Below are positions 51,700 through 62,150 of a stretch of DNA of 64,000 nt, piece by piece. Below the pieces are notes generated by a model. That model worked only from the letters and a program-made list of their open reading frames with translations. It searched no databases and was not told where the DNA came from. The stretch comes from Pseudomonadota bacterium (GTDB lineage Bacteria > Pseudomonadota > Alphaproteobacteria > Caulobacterales > Parvularculaceae). Both the position numbers and the translations under genes were made by a program. The stretch covers positions 50 to 64,049 of the forward strand of contig JBCDAD010000002.1 of NCBI GenBank assembly GCA_039186325.1. Direction: 5' to 3'. Numbering within the stretch: position 1 is the first letter of the stretch; every line of letters begins with the position of its first letter.

Positions 51700-53859
51700 G
51701 TGAAAACGGTTTTGCGGATTGCGTTCGCTGTGCTCCTGATCGCAATGACGGCGGCGATTTCTTGGCTGTGGACGCCGGCGCCGGCGGGTTTTGACCGGGA
51801 GAAGGCGCGCACGGCTGCAGAGCAATATGATGTCCGGATCATACGGGACGCGTTCGGCGTACCCCATATTTATGCTGAGCGGGACGCAGACGCAGCGTTC
51901 GGGCTTGCCTACGCCCATGCTGAAGATGATTGGAAGACAATTGAGGACGTTATCTTTTTCACCCGGGGGCAGTTGGCGCAATACCAGGGACGGGATGCGG
52001 CGATCCCGGATTTCCTGGTGCGGGCGTTGCGCATTCACGAAGATATCGACGCCAAATATGAACAAGATCTGAGCCTGGAAACCCGCAGGCTTGCAGAGGC
52101 TTACGCCGCCGGCCTCAACCTTTGGTGTGCGGAGGAGAAGGGGCGCTGCGCTTTTGGCGCCGCGCCAGTGACGGGGAAAGACATCGTCGCGGGATTCGTC
52201 TCCAGGACACCGTTCTTTTACGGCCTGGATGAAGAATTGCGAAAAATATTTGACGGGGATCTGGCGACCCAGGCGCAGATTGATGCATCCCGGACCGCGT
52301 ATTTTCGAAATCCGCCGGGTATGGAATTCGGGTCAAACGCAATGGCGATTTCGCCGCGCAGGTCCGCCGATGGTCACACGCGATTGATGGTGAATTCCCA
52401 TCAGCCTTACGAGGGGCCTGTCGCGTGGTATGAGGCGCGGGTCAAAACCAATGAGGGTTGGGATATGATCGGCGGGCTTTTCCCGGGCGCGCCGATGATT
52501 TTGCATGGGGCCGGTCCCAATCTCGGCTGGGCGTTTACCGTCAACCGTCCGGATTTGGTTGATGTATATGCGCTCCAGGTTGACGATACGGACGATCCGA
52601 CACGCTATTTTTTCAGCGGCTCATGGCGGTCTTTCGAAACACGTTGGACAGCCTTTCGCGTAAAACTCTGGGGACGATTCAGCTTACCGGTAAGACGCAA
52701 AATATATAACACCGTACACGGACCGGCCTTTGTTAGCGAAAACGGGGTTTACGCCGTATCTTATGCTGGCGCCGGCGACATCCAGGCTATTGAACAATGG
52801 CGACGGATGAATAAGGCGACGACATATGATGATTGGCGCGCAGCCATGGAGATGACTGCTATCCCCAGTTTTCATGTGGTATACGCCGATAGAACGGGCG
52901 ATATCGCCTATCATTACAATGCCGCTGCGCCCGTGCGGTCCGAGGACCAGAATTGGAGCAAAATCGCCGAAGGCGCCAATCCGGATTTATTGTGGGCTGG
53001 TCGCGTCCCATTTGACGCGCTTCCCGCTGTCGTTCGACCCGCATCGGGCTTTGTTGTGAATGCGAATAATGGGCCATATGAAGCATCTTTAAGCCAGGAC
53101 GCGCCTCAGCCAGAAGACTTTGCACAGACTTTGGGAATTGATCAAAGGACGACGAATCGCGGCGCCAGATTGCTTCAGCTATTTGGTGAAGACGCATCAA
53201 TTACAGAGGAAGAATTTTTAACCTATAAGTTTGATCATCATTATGCAGAGGACTCGCGCGTTATGCGATTCTTGCGGGACCTGATCACCCGCGATGAGTT
53301 GTCCAGCGATCCAGCGATGGCGCCGGTGATTGACTTGTTAAGCGGCTGGCACGGTCAGGTCACTGCTGAAAGCCGTGAAGCGCCGCTCGCGCTTTATACA
53401 GCAGCGAAAGAGCTTGGGGGGTTGATGGACAAAGAAGGGAGCACGAATGGTGTGCGGGCCCTGAAAGAGACTGTCGCCGAGCTGCAGACCGGATTTGGGC
53501 GTATTGATCCAATGTGGGGTGAGGTGGTCCGCTTGCGTCGCGGATCTGTCGACTTGCCGCTCAATGGCGGCCCGGATACGCTTCGTGCGGTATATCCGGA
53601 ATCTGATCCGGCGAATGGCGCCGTAAAGGCTGCAGGCGGTGATACCTATATTCTGTATGCCGATTGGGATCGTGACGGCGCATTGTCGGTCCGTACGATC
53701 CACCAATATGGCGCTGCAACACTGGATGAAAACTCGCCCCATTATAACGATCAGGCGCCGATTTTCGCCAATGAAGGTTGGAAAATCCCGCCGATGACGC
53801 TTGACGATCTCATGAAAGAGGCGACCGCCGACTATTCGCCGGGCAAGCGCTATCAATAA
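51700..53859 (+). CDS. Penicillin/cephalosporin/AHL acylase family Ntn-hydrolase
   Basis: N-terminal signal/TM, RDAFGVPHIYA, AYAHAED, G|SNAMA autocleavage Ser, NSHQP, NANN. Confidence 0.9.
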   Translation: MKTVLRIAFAVLLIAMTAAISWLWTPAPAGFDREKARTAAEQYDVRIIRDAFGVPHIYAERDADAAFGLAYAHAEDDWKTIEDVIFFTRGQLAQYQGRDAAIPDFLVRALRIHEDIDAKYEQDLSLETRRLAEAYAAGLNLWCAEEKGRCAFGAAPVTGKDIVAGFVSRTPFFYGLDEELRKIFDGDLATQAQIDASRTAYFRNPPGMEFGSNAMAISPRRSADGHTRLMVNSHQPYEGPVAWYEARVKTNEGWDMIGGLFPGAPMILHGAGPNLGWAFTVNRPDLVDVYALQVDDTDDPTRYFFSGSWRSFETRWTAFRVKLWGRFSLPVRRKIYNTVHGPAFVSENGVYAVSYAGAGDIQAIEQWRRMNKATTYDDWRAAMEMTAIPSFHVVYADRTGDIAYHYNAAAPVRSEDQNWSKIAEGANPDLLWAGRVPFDALPAVVRPASGFVVNANNGPYEASLSQDAPQPEDFAQTLGIDQRTTNRGARLLQLFGEDASITEEEFLTYKFDHHYAEDSRVMRFLRDLITRDELSSDPAMAPVIDLLSGWHGQVTAESREAPLALYTAAKELGGLMDKEGSTNGVRALKETVAELQTGFGRIDPMWGEVVRLRRGSVDLPLNGGPDTLRAVYPESDPANGAVKAAGGDTYILYADWDRDGALSVRTIHQYGAATLDENSPHYNDQAPIFANEGWKIPPMTLDDLMKEATADYSPGKRYQ

Positions 53860-53876
53860 CGAAATTGCATCTCGTT

Positions 53877-54908
53877 CTAATCAACAACAATGCTCCGTTG
53901 GTCCGGCCTGCCCATCGCCAGAAGAACAGGGTCGTCTTTTTGACGTTTTACAAATTGATCCTTTGACTGAATGCCCCACCAGCGATGGGCGACGAGGCAT
54001 TGGCCGATCGGCGCGCCCAGCGTCGAACCGGGGCCGGGCAAAATCAATATCTCCGGCGCAAACTCTTTCAGGGCGACTTCTACTGATTTAGAAAAATCAT
54101 AAGTTTGAAAAATTTGGGCGCCGAGCGTGTACTGGTAAAGCGCATCAACATCTGAACTCAAGGGATTCCAGATTACGCCTCGACCGTCGATAACAGGAAC
54201 TTGAGGTCGGTCAAAAAGACAGCCAGGAAGGTTCTCGAAGGCGAGTTTTGATACATGCTCTAGGAGCGGTGTGTGAAAGGCCGCATGGCGCGCGAGACGA
54301 AACGGGTAGCGTTCGTCAGCGGAGGGCAAGGATTTCTCCATAGCGTCCAGACCGGCGTCATCGCCGGCGAGGACGGCTGTCCCGCCCAGATTGATTGATA
54401 AGTGCGCGGCGCCGGCTCGCGCGCCAGCATCAAGGGCCCGGTTGACCAGATTGGCGCGGTTAACGTCCGGCCGCCATTGTTCATCGGATGTCGGATAGAC
54501 CATCTGCCCGCCGACGCCATCGGTCTCCATCAAGGCGCCCATCGTATCCACAAGACGAATGGCGTTTGCCGGGGCCAGGGCGCCGCCCGCGGCGAGGGAG
54601 AGATACCAACCCAATGAGTTGCCGCAGATCGCAACAATTTCAAATTTGCTGAGATCAATATCGGCGAAGTCTGAGAGCGCGCAGGCGTAGATTAAACTGG
54701 AGGCGTTCAGGCTGGAGGCGTGCCGCCCCGCGGAATAACTCTCTGCACTGTCAATGTCGCTGATTGGCGTCCGTTTATTTTGCGCCCGCCAGTCATCAAT
54801 CTCAGCCAAAAAATCCTGTTTATCCCTGTGGTGGGTCGCGAGATAGCCGAGTTCATTGCGGCCATAGGTGCCTCGGCCCGGAAATATGACAACTGCACGT
54901 TTTGTCAT
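53877..54908 (-). CDS. FabD-like acyltransferase (ACP S-malonyltransferase fold, atypical)
   Basis: FPGRG, GNSLG nucleophile, AAFHT, GPG..L; ATGA-coupled to the upstream E1 fusion. Confidence 0.75.
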   Translation of the reverse strand: MTKRAVVIFPGRGTYGRNELGYLATHHRDKQDFLAEIDDWRAQNKRTPISDIDSAESYSAGRHASSLNASSLIYACALSDFADIDLSKFEIVAICGNSLGWYLSLAAGGALAPANAIRLVDTMGALMETDGVGGQMVYPTSDEQWRPDVNRANLVNRALDAGARAGAAHLSINLGGTAVLAGDDAGLDAMEKSLPSADERYPFRLARHAAFHTPLLEHVSKLAFENLPGCLFDRPQVPVIDGRGVIWNPLSSDVDALYQYTLGAQIFQTYDFSKSVEVALKEFAPEILILPGPGSTLGAPIGQCLVAHRWWGIQSKDQFVKRQKDDPVLLAMGRPDQRSIVVD

Positions 54909-57112
54909 TCCGCAGCTTTCCTTTTGTCCTTAATAAGCGCGCGCGCCGCCCGTATAATATCAGCTTCCTGAACGAGAACCGTGTCGGCCGCGGGCCCAAG
55001 GGGAATAAAGCTGTCTTCGCCCGTTACGCGCGCAAGGTTTGGCGCAAATTGATGATCGGCGAAGCCTGCGATAATTTCCTCACTGAGCGAACCGGTGCGA
55101 CGACATTCGTCGACAATCAGTACAGAATTGCAGGCGGCGGCCTGCTTGATGATCGCATCGATGGGCAGCGGCGATAACCAACGGATATCGATAATTTTGG
55201 CGGCGATGTTGTCCTTGGCGAGGGTCGTAGACGCTTTTTGCGCCATTGAAACGCCGTTGCCGTAAGTGATGATCGCCAGGTCAGCGCCGTCCCCGATAAC
55301 GCCTGGCGCCCCGAACGGCGCATCACCATCGACATCTTCATAAACCGCAGCCATCAATCCATCGCCTTCAACGTGAAGATCTTTCGTTCCGTAAAGAGCG
55401 ATTGGTTCTAGGAATATCACAACGCGTTTCTGCTCACGGGCCACGCGAATGCACGTGCGCAGCAATCGGACCGCTTCGCCGCCTGAGGAGGGGCAGGCCA
55501 AAATAACGCCCGGAATATCACGGAAAACAGCGACCGAATTATCGTTGTGAAAATGACCTCCAAACCCTTTCTGGTAGGCGAGCCCTGCGACACGAACGAC
55601 CATCGGGTTGGCGTATTGACCGCCGGAGAAAAAAGAAAGCGTCGCCGCTTCACCGCGAATTTGATCTTCCGCATTGTGAACATAGGCCAGAAACTGAATT
55701 TCGGGGATCGGCAGATAACCGATATGAGCCGCGCCGATCGCCATACCGAGGATTGATTGCTCGTCGAGCACGGTGTCAAACGCCCGGGATGGGCCAAATT
55801 GCTTTTGAAGCCGCGTTGTCGCGCCGTAGACACCGCCTTTCTTGCCGACATCTTCTCCAAAGACAATGATGTTTGGATTTAGAGCCATCTCGTCGGCCAA
55901 GGTCAGCGAAATCAACCGCGACATGTGTGGTGGTTCGGAACGCGCGCGCGCATCGGCGGGGTTTTTGGTTTGCGTCTTCGGGTTTTCCGACGGCGCCTGT
56001 TCTGACGCCGGCGAAATGGTCGACATAACAGCCTCGGCAGTCTCAAGTTTTGGTCTGTCGCAAGCCGCATTCAGAATGCTCTCAACACGGTGTTTTATCG
56101 AACCATATAGATTGCGTATTTCCTCGCGGCTGAGGATTGAATTTTCAATGAGCCGACGCGCCGTGTGGAGTAGCGGGTCCTGATCCGCTTCACGTTCGAT
56201 TTCGGGTCTCGCACGATAGCTCGCTTCCAGATCGGAACCGGCATGCCCCATCAATCGCACGGTGCGCATGTGAAGAAAAACGGGGATGCGCGATTGACGC
56301 GCAATGCTCTGCGCTGTCCGTGCTGCGGCGACGGCGTCAACAACATCGCGCCCGTCGCTATAAACGTAACGTAATCCGGGACGGTTAGAGAAAGCCGTTT
56401 TGATCCATCCCGCCGGTGTTTTTACCGAAATGCCGATGCCATTGTCTTCGCACAGGAAGATGATGGGTAAAGGCAATCCGCGATAGGCGGTATGTGCGGC
56501 CGTATTGAAAGCCCCTTGTGCGGTGGAGTGGTTGGCCGACGCATCGCCAAAACTTGCGACCACAACGCTATCTAATGATGCCTGAGCGTCGGCCTTCTTA
56601 TGCGTACGCGCCAACGCGACGCCAAATGCAGCGCCAACGGCTTTCGGCAAATGCGACGCGATCGTGCTTGTCTGTGGCGGAACAAAAAGTGACTTCGATC
56701 CAATCACTTTATGACGACCGCCAGAGATCGGATCATCGGCCGACGCAACGAAAGAAAGCGCCATGTTCCAAAGGGGTGTTTCGCCGCCGGCTTTGCGCGC
56801 GCGCTCAATAAGGAACGCCCCGCTACGGTAATGCAAAAACGCCGGATCGTTTGGTCTCAGAATATTTGCGAGGGCGGCGTTGCCTTCGTGTCCGGCGCTG
56901 CCGATTGAATAGAAGCCGCGTTTTTCGACGCCAAGCTTTCGCGCGCCAAGATCCAGAGCGCGGCTCGCAAGTTGGCTTTCAAAAAGACCGACGAGTTCGG
57001 TCGGACTAATCGCTGCATCTGTTAAGGAGACAGACGAAAGGGGTTCGGGAAGTTTATTGCGCCCCAATCGATCAGCAAATCCGTCTTCACTTGCGGCAAT
57101 TGACCCCGCCAC
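54905..57112 (-). CDS. Fused alpha/beta 2-oxoacid dehydrogenase E1 (ThDP-dependent)
   Basis: SAGHE, LHYRS, GDAS...EDN ThDP motif, GHAGSD; beta part GEDVG..GGVY, EIQF..Y, GHFH; GTG 57112 follows GAGGAGG. Confidence 0.87.
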   Translation of the reverse strand: MAGSIAASEDGFADRLGRNKLPEPLSSVSLTDAAISPTELVGLFESQLASRALDLGARKLGVEKRGFYSIGSAGHEGNAALANILRPNDPAFLHYRSGAFLIERARKAGGETPLWNMALSFVASADDPISGGRHKVIGSKSLFVPPQTSTIASHLPKAVGAAFGVALARTHKKADAQASLDSVVVASFGDASANHSTAQGAFNTAAHTAYRGLPLPIIFLCEDNGIGISVKTPAGWIKTAFSNRPGLRYVYSDGRDVVDAVAAARTAQSIARQSRIPVFLHMRTVRLMGHAGSDLEASYRARPEIEREADQDPLLHTARRLIENSILSREEIRNLYGSIKHRVESILNAACDRPKLETAEAVMSTISPASEQAPSENPKTQTKNPADARARSEPPHMSRLISLTLADEMALNPNIIVFGEDVGKKGGVYGATTRLQKQFGPSRAFDTVLDEQSILGMAIGAAHIGYLPIPEIQFLAYVHNAEDQIRGEAATLSFFSGGQYANPMVVRVAGLAYQKGFGGHFHNDNSVAVFRDIPGVILACPSSGGEAVRLLRTCIRVAREQKRVVIFLEPIALYGTKDLHVEGDGLMAAVYEDVDGDAPFGAPGVIGDGADLAIITYGNGVSMAQKASTTLAKDNIAAKIIDIRWLSPLPIDAIIKQAAACNSVLIVDECRRTGSLSEEIIAGFADHQFAPNLARVTGEDSFIPLGPAADTVLVQEADIIRAARALIKDKRKAAE

Positions 57113-57280
57113 ACTGCGCCTCCTCGGTTCTCTTTGTTGCGCATGGTTTTGCGCATGCGGCAGCGCCTTGTCGAGCCGCATTTGCGCAAAAAATGCGGCA
57201 GCGTGACCCGGCGCCGAAGAGAATTGCGACGGGGAAAGCCCGGCGGTACGCTAACCGCGGAATCGATGGAAGGGCTAAAA

Positions 57281-58423
57281 ATGCGAAACCCCTTTGATAC
57301 GCCTGAGCGTGTCGCCTTTCGGGACACTGTTCAGCGGTTTGTCGCCTCCGAGGTGACGCCATTCGCCGATGAATGGGACGAGGCTGGCGATGTCCCGTGG
57401 TCGCTTCATGAGAAGGTCGGCGCGCTTGGCGGTTTTGGGTTTGGCGTTGCTGAGGAATATGGGGGCCTTGGATTTGATGATTGCTTCATGCGCGCAAGCT
57501 TTGCCGATGAGTTCTCGCAATGCGGTGCGACCGGGATCCCGGCGGCCGTTGGTGGGCGCGGTATCTCTATTGGTCCGATCGAGAAATTGGCGTCGACGGA
57601 CATTAAGGATCGCGTATTGCGCGACATTGTTTTGGGCAAGAAGGGATCAAGCCTAGCGATTACGGAACCGTCGGGCGGTTCCGATGTGGCGAATCTCAAA
57701 ACAACCGCACGCAAGGACGGCAATCACTGGGTGCTGAATGGATCGAAAAACTTTATCACGGGCGGGATGAAATCGGATTATTTCGTTGTCGGCGCGCGGA
57801 CCGGCAGTGACGGGATTGCCGGCATTTCTCTGTTTTTCGTTGACCACGACACGCCGGGCTTCAACCGGACCCCGCTTGAGAGAAAAATGGGGTGGTGGGC
57901 CTCTGATCAGGCGAGTCTTTTCTTTGACGATGTCCGGGTGCCCGCGGAAAACATGCTGGGTGAAGAGAATTTTGGTTTCATTCAGATCATGGAGAACTTC
58001 AATCATGAGCGCATCGGATTGATGGCGGGGGCGCTTGGCATGATGAAAGTGTGCCTTCGGGAATCAATCGATTATGCGAAAGACCGTGAAACCTTCGGCA
58101 AACCGCTGATTCGTCACCAGGTCATCCGGCATAAAATCGCCGACATGTCCGCCAAGATTGATCAGATTGAGGCTTATCTTAATCAGATTTGTTGGCTGAT
58201 GAATGAGGGGGAAACACCCGTCGCAGAAATCTCCAAAGGCAAATTCTCTGCGACGAAAGCGCTTGAATTTTGCGCGTCCGAAGCCATGCAGATTTTGGGA
58301 GGCGCAGGGTATTTGCGCGGGCATCCGGTTGAACGGATCTATCGGGAGGTCAAGGTCTACGCCATCGGAGGCGGATCGGAAGAGATTATGCGCGATCTTG
58401 CCGTTCGCCAAATGGGCCTTTAA
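57281..58423 (+). CDS. Acyl-CoA dehydrogenase
   Basis: ITEPSGGSDV, NGSKNFIT, R.TFGKPL, QILGGAGY, IGGGSEEIM. Confidence 0.93.
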   Translation: MRNPFDTPERVAFRDTVQRFVASEVTPFADEWDEAGDVPWSLHEKVGALGGFGFGVAEEYGGLGFDDCFMRASFADEFSQCGATGIPAAVGGRGISIGPIEKLASTDIKDRVLRDIVLGKKGSSLAITEPSGGSDVANLKTTARKDGNHWVLNGSKNFITGGMKSDYFVVGARTGSDGIAGISLFFVDHDTPGFNRTPLERKMGWWASDQASLFFDDVRVPAENMLGEENFGFIQIMENFNHERIGLMAGALGMMKVCLRESIDYAKDRETFGKPLIRHQVIRHKIADMSAKIDQIEAYLNQICWLMNEGETPVAEISKGKFSATKALEFCASEAMQILGGAGYLRGHPVERIYREVKVYAIGGGSEEIMRDLAVRQMGL

Positions 58424-58597
58424 AAACTGTATACGGAATAAAAAAACGTACACAGAACAAAGGCGAAAAATTCTCGAAATTGGTCAAATGCTGCGCCGCA
58501 GCACACAAAACGTTAACGGTGTTTTTTGATGAAATTTGTCCTTTGTAACGCAGTTGAAAAACGCTAGACTTGGCGCTTACGTCAGCGAGGGGCGGCA

Positions 58598-59401
58598 GTG
58601 TCAGTAACCGTAATGAAGTATTCCAGTCCTGCGTGGCCATTGGCCTTAACCGAAGGCGCGCGGGCGCTGGGTGAGCTACCGCTTCTTCCGGCTGCGGAGT
58701 TTGTATTAAAACTTGCGCCAAAGGGGGACGGGCATCCGGTTATTGTGTGTCCGGGATTTTTGACCGGAGACGGATCAACCGGTTTGCTGAGAAGGTTTTT
58801 GCGCAGCAAGAATTACCGCGTCTATGGCTGGAACCTCGGCCGGAATCTTGGCCCCGGCGAAACCGGGGAGAAATTCGAGCAGTTAGCCGCCCACGTCGAA
58901 GCTGTTACAGACGAGTATGGCGAGCCGGTGTCCCTGGTTGGCTGGAGCCTTGGCGGTGTGATGGCCCGGGAAATCGCCAAGCAGGACCCTGACCGTGTTA
59001 GGCAGGTGATTACGCTCGGCAGTCCATTGTCGGGAAATTCCCAGAATACCAGTATCTCTTGGCTTTATAACCAGGTCGCCGGCGATCCAGCGCTGGTCCA
59101 GCATTATCGCGAGCTCATTGAAAACCTGCACTTGCCGCCGGAGAAAGTGCCGTCCACGGCTATTTTCACGCGCGGCGACGGCATTGTTCATTGGCGCAGC
59201 TCGCTGGAGCCGCGCGCAGCGTTTACAGATAATATCGAAGTTTATTCAAGTCATTGCGGTCTCGGCATCAGCCCGTTTGTATATTTTGCGATTGCCGACC
59301 GATTGATGCAATCAGCCGATGATTGGGCGCCATTCGACCGAAACGCGTCCGCATGGCGCAAAGTCGCTTACCCGAGCGCCGGTCATGTTTACGATCGATA
59401 G
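58598..59401 (+). CDS. Alpha/beta hydrolase (esterase/lipase-like)
   Basis: PGFL..D, GWSLGG nucleophile, TLGSP, DGIV.W, SHCG. Confidence 0.85.
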   Translation: MSVTVMKYSSPAWPLALTEGARALGELPLLPAAEFVLKLAPKGDGHPVIVCPGFLTGDGSTGLLRRFLRSKNYRVYGWNLGRNLGPGETGEKFEQLAAHVEAVTDEYGEPVSLVGWSLGGVMAREIAKQDPDRVRQVITLGSPLSGNSQNTSISWLYNQVAGDPALVQHYRELIENLHLPPEKVPSTAIFTRGDGIVHWRSSLEPRAAFTDNIEVYSSHCGLGISPFVYFAIADRLMQSADDWAPFDRNASAWRKVAYPSAGHVYDR

Positions 59402-59728
59402 CAGGGCCTAATTCGCCGGAAACGGGTGTTCGGCGCCTAAACGCAGTACAATCAGTTACTGGACCCTTTGTAGGTTGATCTCCCAACGAACCATTGGCCG
59501 AGCGGAAACGCTCCTGCGTTAACACTTTATTCAATCCGGTTACTTGGTTAACACCCGCCGCGGATTTCTTCCTGGCGCTGGCCGACTGCACCGCTTTTAA
59601 GCCCGGTTTCTCAAGCACTTGTTTACGTGATCGCCTCAAAAAAGGTGGTGAAACGGCGTTTACGATGCGTTGGCGGTGTCCCAACGATGATTACTCGCCG
59701 TCTATGAGGAAGCGATTCGATAGCCGGC

Positions 59729-61192
59729 ATGCTTTTTTCTTCACTTCTGTTCATTTTTGGCTTCCTGCCGGCAACGCTTGTTCTTGTGTATCTGGCGCGC
59801 AGGGCCTTTGGCGGATACGCCGCCATGTCAGTATTGTTTGTCGCTTCGTTGATTTTTTATGGCTGGAACACGCCGATCTATGTTGGGCTCATCCTGTTTT
59901 CGATCGGCGTCAATTTCTGGTGCGGCCGCGCAGTCGCACACACCGGATCCCGTCGAGCGTTTGCCGGCGGCGTTGTTTTCAACTTAGGCTTGCTCGGCTG
60001 GTTTAAGTATATCGGGTTATTCTCACAAACGCTGAGCGACATTGCCCGGGCGGATATCACCATCGACGGCGTGATCCTGCCGCTTGCGATATCGTTTTTT
60101 ACTTTTCAGCAAATTGCGTTTCTCGCCGATTGCCTGAAGGAGCGCAAAAATCCATATGGGCTGTTGGAATACGGTTTGTTCGTCGCCTTCTTTCCGCAAC
60201 TCATCGCCGGGCCAATTGTTCACCATAAAGATGTTATGCCGCAATTCAGTGCCCCGCGATTCGCGCGGTTTTACCGTGACGACGTACTGACGGGCCTGAT
60301 TCTATTTTCAATCGGTCTATCAAAAAAAGTACTAATCGCAGATGGGCTGGCGCCGCTGGCGGATGTTGTTTTTGACAGCGCGAATGAAGGCGTATCGCTT
60401 TTAATGGTCGAGGCCTGGCTCGGCCTGTTCGCCTATAGCTTCCAGATCTATTTCGATTTTTCAGGGTATTCAGATATGGCGCTCGGTTTAGCGGCGTTTT
60501 TTGGAATCCGTCTACCGATGAATTTTAATTCCCCCTATAAATCGCGAAGCATCGTTGAGTTCTGGCGTCGTTGGCACATCTCATTATCAACATTCTTGCG
60601 CGACTATCTCTATTTCCCGCTTGGCGGTAATCGTAAAGGTGTGATCCTGCGCTATCGCAATTTGTTCATCGTCATGCTGCTGGGCGGCTTATGGCATGGC
60701 GCAGCATGGACATTTGTCGTTTGGGGCGGTCTCCATGGCGCCTATTTATGCGTGAACCATGCGTTTGACCGGTTTAATGCATCACGGCCGCCGATGAACG
60801 GGCCGCTTGCCGTCACCGTCACATTTATTTTCGTGTCATTCGCCTGGATCTTCTTCCGGGCCGAAACCTTTTCCGCGGCGTTTGCCGTGATCGCGGGGCT
60901 TTCCGGTGTGGCGCCGACGCCCGAAAGCATAATGACTGGGCCATTGCTTTATTCAGTCATGCTTCTGCCTGTCGCAGCGGCGATTGTCTGGACGGCGCCA
61001 AACGCGCTTGAGATCCTGGATCGATTTTCATCACTGCGTCCTCAACGCCCTGTGTTTTGGCCGGCCTCAGGCGGGTCGGCGGCGCTCGCTCATGAGCGTG
61101 TGGCCGTCGCGCTGCTTGGCGCCGGAGCAGCGGCGGCGATTTTCATCCTTTCTGCATCGGGTCCTTATGAGTTCATCTACTTCCAATTCTAG
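59729..61192 (+). CDS. MBOAT family O-acyltransferase (AlgI/DltB-like)
   Basis: MLFSS..F, PLAISFFTFQ, FFPQLIAGPI, DFSGYSDMA, FWRRWHISLS, GLWHGA, FIYFQF. Confidence 0.93.
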   Translation: MLFSSLLFIFGFLPATLVLVYLARRAFGGYAAMSVLFVASLIFYGWNTPIYVGLILFSIGVNFWCGRAVAHTGSRRAFAGGVVFNLGLLGWFKYIGLFSQTLSDIARADITIDGVILPLAISFFTFQQIAFLADCLKERKNPYGLLEYGLFVAFFPQLIAGPIVHHKDVMPQFSAPRFARFYRDDVLTGLILFSIGLSKKVLIADGLAPLADVVFDSANEGVSLLMVEAWLGLFAYSFQIYFDFSGYSDMALGLAAFFGIRLPMNFNSPYKSRSIVEFWRRWHISLSTFLRDYLYFPLGGNRKGVILRYRNLFIVMLLGGLWHGAAWTFVVWGGLHGAYLCVNHAFDRFNASRPPMNGPLAVTVTFIFVSFAWIFFRAETFSAAFAVIAGLSGVAPTPESIMTGPLLYSVMLLPVAAAIVWTAPNALEILDRFSSLRPQRPVFWPASGGSAALAHERVAVALLGAGAAAAIFILSASGPYEFIYFQF

Positions 61193-62150
61193 GTTGCTTT
61201 CCGTATTTTTCTTTCTCGCCATGGCGACAGCCGGCCTCGCTCTTGCGGGCGGCTCTGAGTGGCTTGTCAGAACACAAGTCCTCCCTCAGGACACAATGGC
61301 GCGCCATATTGATCGGTTCACCCAAACGCGCTCGCCTTATGTGGCCTTCGGCGACAGCCATATCGCTCGCGGGTTCAATCCGTCGCCGCCAATCGTCAAT
61401 CTGGCGTACCCATCGGAAAATCTGGATCGAATGATCTGGAAAGCGAACCGGTACTTCGCATCAAGCCCGTCGCCGAAAACTGTTTTGTTGCAGGCGACGC
61501 CGCATCTTTTCGCTGACTATCGCATTGACGCCGGACTAGGGGATTATCCGGAGATTTTCTCCGCTGATGAAAAGAGGCTGAGCGTTGCGTTTTCAGAGCG
61601 TTATCGCCCACAATTGCTGATGTTCTGGCGGCGCTTTTTATTTGACGGCGGACAATTACGGTCGAAAATTGAACAGACGCCCAGCGGCGCACTTCTCTCG
61701 CCCGGTGATTTGTCGCGCTGGTCGACCCGTCGGCGGACCCAATTCGCACGTGATCGCGCCCAACTTCATACGCCCAGCGATTCAGATCATCGCGAGCGTG
61801 TAAAAGCGGCGTATGAGCACCTTGTTCAAGCGTTTCTCAATAGAGGCGCACATGTCTGTCTCGCCGCCCCGCCGGTTTCCCCGGACTATCGAAAAACAGT
61901 CGCCGGCCTACCGAAGAAAAACCGAGAACGGTGGCTCGATGCAACTGCGTTTTTTGAACAGTTAGCGGATGACCCGCGTGTGCGCTTCGTTGATCACCGG
62001 AATTTGGTTGATACGCTGGATCACTTTCGCGATCCCGATCACTTGAACAAGAAAGGTGCGTTGGCCTACTCGCCGATATTGGAGGAGGCGTGCTTTGGCG
62101 ATGAAATCATCCGTCATCGGATGGTGGGCGTTCGCGATTCGCGCGAATGA
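61167..62150 (+). CDS. SGNH-like periplasmic acyltransferase partner of the MBOAT (AlgJ/DltD-like)
   Basis: MSSSTSNS start overlapping the MBOAT FIYFQF end, TM anchor, GDSH block I, DPDHLN block V. Confidence 0.75.
   Translation: MSSSTSNSRLLSVFFFLAMATAGLALAGGSEWLVRTQVLPQDTMARHIDRFTQTRSPYVAFGDSHIARGFNPSPPIVNLAYPSENLDRMIWKANRYFASSPSPKTVLLQATPHLFADYRIDAGLGDYPEIFSADEKRLSVAFSERYRPQLLMFWRRFLFDGGQLRSKIEQTPSGALLSPGDLSRWSTRRRTQFARDRAQLHTPSDSDHRERVKAAYEHLVQAFLNRGAHVCLAAPPVSPDYRKTVAGLPKKNRERWLDATAFFEQLADDPRVRFVDHRNLVDTLDHFRDPDHLNKKGALAYSPILEEACFGDEIIRHRMVGVRDSRE

Noticed and set aside
54905-57112. Fused E1 as the missing pdhA
   Set aside because: It carries its own beta domain and a divergent GDAS ThDP motif, so it belongs to a different E1 subfamily
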